Assembly: GCA_964637185.1 (NCBI GenBank)
Contig: CAZWVB010000001.1
Span: forward strand, 160,972-224,971
Direction: 5' to 3'
DNA: 64,000 nucleotides
From: an uncultured Candidatus Saccharibacteria bacterium
Lineage (GTDB): Bacteria; Patescibacteriota; Saccharimonadia; CAILAD01; BJGX01
Part shown: piece after piece, positions 58,378 through 64,000 of the stretch
Layout of the letters: each line of letters begins with the position of its first letter
Numbering within the stretch: the first letter of the stretch is position 1
Notes under the pieces: model-generated
What the model was told of the DNA's origin: nothing
Databases searched by the model: none
Seen by the model: the letters and a program-made list of their open reading frames with translations, nothing else
Position numbers and translations under genes: made by a program

Positions 58378-60213
58378 ATGCCCACGAAAGAGAGAAACCC
58401 ATACATCCGGACCTACAAGGGGCAGAAGGTGCCGACCAAGCTTGGCATCCGCTACCTGAGCGAGATCGTGACCGATCCGACTGGGCCGGTCTACTTCTTC
58501 ACCGCACAAGCCAACATCGTGGTGGTGGCGGCAGCCATGGCCCGGCTCAGCCGGCGCGATGGCGACCTGCGGGTCACCATCCTCGAGGAGTTCGCTGGTG
58601 TGCAAGACGCCGCCGTGCTCACCAAGCTGCGCAAGCACGAGCTGCTCAAGGTGATCCGTGAGCTGGAGAACGCGTTGAAGTTCTTCGAGACCGAGTTGGG
58701 CGGCTCATTTGCTCGGGACGAGGAGCTACCTCACCAGATCAAGGCACTGCGGACGCTGCGGCAGGCGATTGCCGACCTCACGGCCGGCCGACTGCGGACT
58801 GAAGAGGCGGCCGCGCTGATCAACCGTGTGGTCACCGAGTTCGGTGACGATTCGGTGCAGCAGCTGATCACGGTGATGTTCGTCTGCGAGGGTGTGAGCA
58901 ACCTCATGACCAAGGAGCTGGAGTGGGGGCGAGTGGCTGCGGCCTATCTCGAGCAGTCCACCCGCTATATCTACTTCGACACCAAGGTCGACGGTCGCTA
59001 CAAGTACTTCCGGCCAGAGCTCGAGGACTTGCTCGCGTACTACGAGTTCATCATGGATGAGATCTTCGATCGTTACTCCACGGTGGTGCGTGAGGTCACC
59101 GAGTATGTCAAGGTGCACAACCCGCGTCCGGACAAGGCTGCGGATCCGGGCGGGCATGCCGGCTGGCCTGGTTCGGTGCGGGCGGAAGCCTGCGATGCTG
59201 CACGGGCCATCCTACCGGTTGGCACCCGCTCGACGGTGGGTATCACCATGTCGGCTCAGGCTCTCGATGCGCTGATCATGCGACTGCTGTCACGTGAGCT
59301 GCCCGAGGCTCGGGCCATGGGCGCCGCGCTGCTGCGCGAAGCCCGCAAGGTGATCCCGGAGTTCTTGGAGCGCACCGACAAGCCTGACCGCGGGCTGATG
59401 ACCATCAGCTACTTGGCCGAGACGCGGGCTGGTCTGCGCGAGTTCGCGCTCAACGAGCTACCGCCTGCCAAGTTGGCCAAGAAGAGCAAGAAGGCCGAAG
59501 AGCCGGTGACGCTACTGGACTACTACCCACATGATGAGCGTGAGTTGGGACCAGGCTTGCTCTACGCCGTCGATGGTCGCTCCATGACCGAGCTGGGCAA
59601 GCTGGTTGGCAAGCTGCCGCGCAAGAAGCTGCGCAAGCTCATGCTGATCTACTTCGGCGAGCGCCTCAACCGACGTCATCGGCCGGGGCGAGCTGCCGAG
59701 GCAGCCAGCTTCAACTGGGAGCTGGTCGGCGACTATGGCACCTTCCGCGACCTACAGCGGCACCGCATGGTCAGTGCCATGGAGTGGCCGGCGCTCACGC
59801 CGTATCTCGGCTACGAGGTGCCGGAGCTGGTGACGAAGGCTGGGCAGCACGACAACTTCGTTCGGGCCTTCGAGCTGTCCAGCGAGCTCTACAACGAGTT
59901 GTACGGCGCTGGCTACAAGTACGAGGCTCAGTACGCGCTGTGCATGGGCTACCGCATGCGCTACCGCTTCATCACCAGTCTGCGTGAGCTGTTCCATCTG
60001 CTGGAGTTGCGCACCAGTCCGCAAGGTCATCCCGGCTACCGCAAGCTGTGCAACCTCATGTACGACGAGGTGGCCCGGGTCTACCCGATCAGCGCGGAAG
60101 CCATGTGCTTCGTCAACCAGCAAGACACGCTCGGTGAGCTGACCCGCATGGCCTCGGAGCGGGCCACAGCCGACAAGCTGGCCAAGCTGGCGGAGCGGGC
60201 CACTGCGGAGTGA
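58378..60213 (+). CDS. thyX: FAD-dependent thymidylate synthase ThyX, tandem (pseudo-dimeric) two-domain form
   Basis: ~611 aa. The C-terminal half carries the ThyX RHR motif (LQRHRMVSAME). The N-terminal half shows a degenerate ThyX-like block (FVCEGVSNLMTKELEWGR). ATG at 58378 with AAGGAGG upstream. Confidence 0.75.
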   Translation: MPTKERNPYIRTYKGQKVPTKLGIRYLSEIVTDPTGPVYFFTAQANIVVVAAAMARLSRRDGDLRVTILEEFAGVQDAAVLTKLRKHELLKVIRELENALKFFETELGGSFARDEELPHQIKALRTLRQAIADLTAGRLRTEEAAALINRVVTEFGDDSVQQLITVMFVCEGVSNLMTKELEWGRVAAAYLEQSTRYIYFDTKVDGRYKYFRPELEDLLAYYEFIMDEIFDRYSTVVREVTEYVKVHNPRPDKAADPGGHAGWPGSVRAEACDAARAILPVGTRSTVGITMSAQALDALIMRLLSRELPEARAMGAALLREARKVIPEFLERTDKPDRGLMTISYLAETRAGLREFALNELPPAKLAKKSKKAEEPVTLLDYYPHDERELGPGLLYAVDGRSMTELGKLVGKLPRKKLRKLMLIYFGERLNRRHRPGRAAEAASFNWELVGDYGTFRDLQRHRMVSAMEWPALTPYLGYEVPELVTKAGQHDNFVRAFELSSELYNELYGAGYKYEAQYALCMGYRMRYRFITSLRELFHLLELRTSPQGHPGYRKLCNLMYDEVARVYPISAEAMCFVNQQDTLGELTRMASERATADKLAKLAERATAE

Positions 60214-60237
60214 GATCTCCGCATAGCAAAACTCTCA

Positions 60238-60273
60238 AGCGAGCCCGAGGGACTACCGTCCCTCGGGCTCGCT
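60238..60273. terminator. Perfect 15-bp GC-rich hairpin after thyX (terminator candidate, no U tract)
   Basis: AGCGAGCCCGAGGGA-ctaccg-TCCCTCGGGCTCGCT. Confidence 0.5.
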
Positions 60274-60296
60274 CTCGTTATGATGTATAATTATCC

Positions 60297-61553
60297 ATGA
60301 TGAACAAATTGTCTGAGCTTACCAATGCTGAGTATGATCGTCAGCGCGACAGCCTCAATCTCATTGCGTCCGAAAACTATCCTAGTCCGAGAGTTTTGGA
60401 GCTATTAGGATCTGTGTGGATGAACAAGTACGCCGAGGGCTATCCAGGCAAGCGCTATTATGCTGGCAATGTTCATGCCGATGAGCTAGAGGATTTTGTG
60501 CAGTCTAAAGCACTGGAAGTATTTGATCCAACTGGTGAATATGGAGCCAATGTACAAGTGTTGTCAGGCAGCCCGGCCAACGCCATGGTGTTTTTGAACG
60601 TACTGGAGCCGGGCGACACAGTACTAAGCCTAGATTTGCCCAGTGGCGGTCATCTTAGTCACTTGCACGGCACTAGCAGCTGGCTCAAATTTTTCGCACA
60701 TGAGACTTATGGTACGGTAGCATCAGACAGCGGCTACGAGGTAGATATCAGTGATTATGAGGCCAAGCTCAAATCAGCCAAGCCCAAGCTCACTATCATA
60801 GGGTTCTCAGCCTATCCCAAGCGAGTTGATTTTGAGGCTATGATCAAACTAGCGCACGAGCATGGTAGTCTGGTACTGGCTGACATCGCTCATATCAATG
60901 GTCTGATCGCGGCAGGACTTCACGACAGTCCATTTAAACCTGGCGAGCTGGGGGCTGATTTTGTCAGCATGACCACTCACAAGACTATGCGTGGTCCGCG
61001 CGGCGCGCTACTTTTTGCCAAGCAAGAGTATATGGACAGTCTCAACAAGACTGTATTTCCTGGTACTTCAGGAGGTCCTCATCTGCATCAGATAGCTGCT
61101 GTCGGCCAAAGCTTGCTGGAGATACTCGGTGAGGATGTGTACCCAGATGGCCGGGCATTTCGCGATTATGCTAGTGATATCATCGACAATTGCCGGGCAC
61201 TCGAAGATGGTATGACTCAGCATGGCTTGGAAGTGGTAAGCCCTACCCAGACGCATCTGAGCTTGGTACGTTTGCCAGCATCGGTGGACAGCCTAGAATT
61301 ACAGCAAAAACTTGAACAGATTGGTATCGTGACCAATCGCAATAGTGTACCCAATGACCCCAAAACTCCTTGGCGCCCAAGCGGTTTGCGTCTTGGCACG
61401 GCGGCGCTCACCAGCCGTGGGCTGAGCACACACCATGCCAGCCAGTTAGGTGCTTTGATAGCAGGTGTCGCGATTGGCAAACAAAATGAGGCTGAGGCTG
61501 CTAACCAAACCCAACAAATACTGGCTGATATAGACTGGTTTTACACCAAATAG
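60297..61553 (+). CDS. glyA: Serine hydroxymethyltransferase
   Basis: 418 aa. ...LIASENYPSP..., PLP-lysine region TTHKTMRGPRG. Confidence 0.93.
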   Translation: MMNKLSELTNAEYDRQRDSLNLIASENYPSPRVLELLGSVWMNKYAEGYPGKRYYAGNVHADELEDFVQSKALEVFDPTGEYGANVQVLSGSPANAMVFLNVLEPGDTVLSLDLPSGGHLSHLHGTSSWLKFFAHETYGTVASDSGYEVDISDYEAKLKSAKPKLTIIGFSAYPKRVDFEAMIKLAHEHGSLVLADIAHINGLIAAGLHDSPFKPGELGADFVSMTTHKTMRGPRGALLFAKQEYMDSLNKTVFPGTSGGPHLHQIAAVGQSLLEILGEDVYPDGRAFRDYASDIIDNCRALEDGMTQHGLEVVSPTQTHLSLVRLPASVDSLELQQKLEQIGIVTNRNSVPNDPKTPWRPSGLRLGTAALTSRGLSTHHASQLGALIAGVAIGKQNEAEAANQTQQILADIDWFYTK

Positions 61554-61682
61554 CATTGACATAAGCATTAATACCTGATATAATCTTCGTACCACTTCAG
61601 GTGGCCGGAGACCAAGTGAATACCCCAGGCGGACACGAGGTCTTTTTTGTTTCTATTCACCCACGGCGACCAAGGGAGGACC

Positions 61683-61991
61683 ATGACTCGCCGATACCAC
61701 AAGAAACGTCAGCCGCCAGAGCTGACGGTACGCACCTATTTGCGCTGTGCACCCAACAGCGCGCATCCGCAGGAGGTGCTCTGGCTCAGCTGGTGCCAGC
61801 TCGGCAACGGAGCCGAGCCGCTGCACAGCTTCTGCCAGCATCCAAGCTGCGACGGCCGTGGTCAGCGTGTGCCTACAAGCGAGCTGACCAACAAGTACCG
61901 CCAAGCGCGCTTCGAGGCTGGTGAGATCGCGCTGGCCTTGCCCGATGGGCAGTGGCTGGTACAGCCGGCCAAGTCCGTGGCACGGGTCTGA
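61683..61991 (+). CDS. Hypothetical Cys-rich protein (~102 aa), GC-rich islet
   Basis: ATG at 61683 has AAGGGAGG upstream. Six Cys (C..., CQHPSCDG). A GC-rich hairpin GGGAAGGGGC-gaga-GCCCCTTCCC follows at 62007-62030. Confidence 0.4.
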   Translation: MTRRYHKKRQPPELTVRTYLRCAPNSAHPQEVLWLSWCQLGNGAEPLHSFCQHPSCDGRGQRVPTSELTNKYRQARFEAGEIALALPDGQWLVQPAKSVARV

Positions 61992-62035
61992 AGTAGGCAA
62001 GAGGTTGGGAAGGGGCGAGAGCCCCTTCCCACACC

Positions 62036-62065
62036 TTGACTAATCTAGCCATTATCTGATACAAT
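62036..62065 (+). promoter_or_regulatory. Sigma70-like promoter for rplJ-rplL (-35 TTGACT, -10 TACAAT) followed by a ~160-nt leader
   Basis: TTGACT at 62036-62041, TACAAT at 62060-62065. The long untranslated leader is the expected location of the L10(L12)4 autoregulatory structure. Confidence 0.55.
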
Positions 62066-62223
62066 ATTTGCGATTACCAAAGACTGTAGCTTCCCCAGCT
62101 GGCGGATTAAATATGCTACAAGAGGTAAACAATCGATATGATTGTTGGACACGAAGTCTTTGGAGTATATCCAAAGATTTTTTGTTTGGTAATCGCGAAC
62201 ATTACATTAACAAGGAGAGGTAC

Positions 62224-62754
62224 ATGGCAAAAACACGTGCTCAAAAAGAGCAAGATGTGCAAGCCTTGGCCGACTCTTTCCAAAATCGCAAGATTGCAGT
62301 GCTCACCGACTATCGCGGCCTGACCGTGGCAGCTGTGACCGAGCTACGCAACAACTTACGTGAGGCAGGGGTAAGCTACAAGGTAGCCAAAAACACTCTC
62401 GTCAAAGTCGCTCTTGCTGACACCAGGCTAAAGGATCTCGATACCAGCCTTTTTGCTGGACCGATGGCCATAGCATTTGGTGACGACGAAGCGGCCACAG
62501 CTAAGGTGGTCTATGACTTTGCCAAAGCCAACCCGGCACTTGAGATACTCAGTGCCATCGACGAAGCCGGCACTATCCTCAGTGTCGAGCAAGTCCAGGC
62601 TCTGGCTAAGCTACCAAGTCGCGAGCAACTTACTGCCCAGGTGGTGGGTACGATCGCAGCCCCGCTCAGTGGTTTTGTACGAGTATTGAATGGAAATCTA
62701 ACCGGACTATTGTATGCGCTCAATGCCATCGGTGAGTCCAAAGGAGAAGCTTAG
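62224..62754 (+). CDS. rplJ: 50S ribosomal protein L10
   Basis: [19 protein letters not shown]... ATG at 62224 with AAGGAGAGG upstream. The ORF track start at 62068 is an upstream extension through the leader. Confidence 0.92.
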   Translation: MAKTRAQKEQDVQALADSFQNRKIAVLTDYRGLTVAAVTELRNNLREAGVSYKVAKNTLVKVALADTRLKDLDTSLFAGPMAIAFGDDEAATAKVVYDFAKANPALEILSAIDEAGTILSVEQVQALAKLPSREQLTAQVVGTIAAPLSGFVRVLNGNLTGLLYALNAIGESKGEA

Positions 62755-62756
62755 AA

Positions 62757-63248
62757 ATGGCCGAAGAAACAACCAAACCAGAAGAGACCAAAGTTGAAAA
62801 TCCGCCAACTGGCGCGGAAGAAGTAGCTGAAGCTACTGAAGAAAAGACAGAAGCAAAAGCCGAAGTTCCTGCTAAGTTCAAAGACTTGGTGGGTGAGATC
62901 GAAAAACTAAGTGTGCTAGACCTAAGTGAGCTTGTCAAAGTACTCGAAGATCACTTTGGTGTCAGCGCGAGCGCCCCAGTAGCTGTTGCTGCTGCAGGTA
63001 GCGGTGGCGGAGAAGCCGCCGAGGCCGCTGAAGAGAAGAGTGAATACGATATCTTCATGAGCGCAGCAGGCGAAAAGAAAATTGACGTGATTAAGGCCGT
63101 ACGTGAAATCACAGGCCTAGGCTTGGCCGAGTCCAAAGCCTTGGTGGACGGTGCTCCTAAGATGGTCAAAGAAAAAGTCAAGAAAGAAGAAGCCGAAGAA
63201 GCCAAGAAGCAGCTTGAAGAAGCTGGCGCAACTATCGAGTTGCAATAA
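62757..63248 (+). CDS. rplL: 50S ribosomal protein L7/L12 with a ~35-aa acidic N-terminal extension
   Basis: 163 aa. An L12 core ([29 protein letters not shown] ... C-terminal domain ...[23 protein letters not shown]) preceded by an E/T/K-rich extension. Confidence 0.92.
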   Translation: MAEETTKPEETKVENPPTGAEEVAEATEEKTEAKAEVPAKFKDLVGEIEKLSVLDLSELVKVLEDHFGVSASAPVAVAAAGSGGGEAAEAAEEKSEYDIFMSAAGEKKIDVIKAVREITGLGLAESKALVDGAPKMVKEKVKKEEAEEAKKQLEEAGATIELQ

Positions 63249-63266
63249 CTCAGACTATCTTCTATC

Positions 63267-63292
63267 AAAAGAGCCCCAGCCGGGGCTCTTTT
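63267..63292 (+). terminator. Rho-independent terminator after rplL
   Basis: AAAAGAGCCCC-agcc-GGGGCTCTTTTG. Confidence 0.75.
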
Positions 63293-63310
63293 GCAATATA
63301 ATGGTCAGTT

Positions 63311-63928
63311 ATGGCAGGTATGGTTACTCACATAGTTCTAACTGATCAAGTCTATGACGAGCAGTTTGGTAAGTTTGATCGAAAAAGTTTTGTAGTTGGT
63401 ACAAGTTTTGCTGACATACGGTATTTGGGAGTGATAGAAAGAGACAAAACACATTACAGTGATGTCTCAATAGAACGAATTCGCAGTCAAGAAGACTCAT
63501 TTATTGCCGGGTTAATGTTTCATTCTTTGGTCGATAAAACTCGTGAAGATTACATCAAATCCAAATATATTTATAGAGAACTCCCAAAATCTGATTACAT
63601 TTCGCAAGCTATGAAAGTTTGTGAAGACATAGTTGTCTATCCTAAATGCAAACACTGGGGCCAATATGCAAATTACTTCGGTACCATTCTAGAAAATGAA
63701 AGAGATTATGGCATAGATGCGACTGAGATTGAGCGGTGGCATAATATTATTCGCACGGCCATCGGAAAACAGCCAGATTTAGTTATTACATCGGATATAC
63801 TGCAGCAGCTTCAGCTTGATAGTTCGGTAGTTGATGAGATCATGTCACTAGCCAAACAACTTTTGGCCAACCACGACACCAGCTATATATTGGATTTCTA
63901 CCGACAGTTCCCAGCCTGTCTCAAATAA
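63311..63928 (+). CDS. Hypothetical protein (205 aa), AT-rich
   Basis: ORF with no recognised motif. It follows a terminator, and TATAAT lies at 63296-63301. Confidence 0.45.
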   Translation: MAGMVTHIVLTDQVYDEQFGKFDRKSFVVGTSFADIRYLGVIERDKTHYSDVSIERIRSQEDSFIAGLMFHSLVDKTREDYIKSKYIYRELPKSDYISQAMKVCEDIVVYPKCKHWGQYANYFGTILENERDYGIDATEIERWHNIIRTAIGKQPDLVITSDILQQLQLDSSVVDEIMSLAKQLLANHDTSYILDFYRQFPACLK

Positions 63929-64000
63929 CTTTGTTTGGCATTTGTTTTGTTATCTGCTACACTAGTGGCAAGTAATTGAAGGAAGAGCAAAACAAATGGC

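Noticed and set aside
62068-62223. Upstream extension of the rplJ ORF (MRLPKTVASPAGG...)
   Set aside because: This region follows a clear promoter and is the expected structured L10 leader. A canonical L10 N-terminus ([10 protein letters not shown]) with a good SD starts at 62224.

Overview
This window looks like a ribosomal-protein superoperon region from a low-to-mid-GC bacterium, by eye roughly 45-50% GC. The gene order is str-operon core (fusA-tuf) with rpsJ, the S10/spc/alpha operons (rplC through rplQ, then rplM-rpsI), and secE-nusG-rplKAJL. L30 is missing: rpsE is followed directly by rplO. Several ribosomal proteins carry long low-complexity extensions. Both points fit a Candidate Phyla Radiation / Saccharibacteria-like organism, but that is inference from the sequence alone.

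The conserved operons are interrupted in several places by accessory insertions:
- Three small GC-rich genes sit between fusA and tuf.
- A roughly 2.8 kb insert lies between rpsJ and rplC. It carries an acidic protein, an ASCH protein and a MutT/MTH1-like Nudix.
- A NIPSNAP gene sits between secY and infA.
- A roughly 6.3 kb insert lies between rplA and rplJ. It carries a dCTP-deaminase-like gene, a GC-rich Nudix-tmk-thyX block, and glyA.

The accessory half of the window (25-53 kb) contains:
- a K+ channel/RCK protein, a pseudouridine synthase, holB and a TPR protein
- an MFS transporter, SHOCT and PspC-domain small proteins
- a minus-strand cluster of four tRNAs (Tyr, Thr, Thr, Trp)
- an ExoD protein and a secreted lipase
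- a 1795-aa giant protein with HEAT-like repeats and a C-terminal GNAT domain, followed by a MacB-type ABC exporter and an ECF sigma/anti-sigma pair
- a complete carotenoid cluster: crtE, crtB, crtI, a heterodimeric lycopene cyclase, and a UbiA-prenyltransferase-GT2 fusion. This is consistent with a glycosylated C50 carotenoid pathway.

A CCAGATGG-like palindrome recurs directly upstream of -10 boxes. Several of these are followed by apparently leaderless start codons. Multiple discrete GC-rich islets look horizontally acquired. No CRISPR arrays, rRNA genes or obvious transposases were seen.
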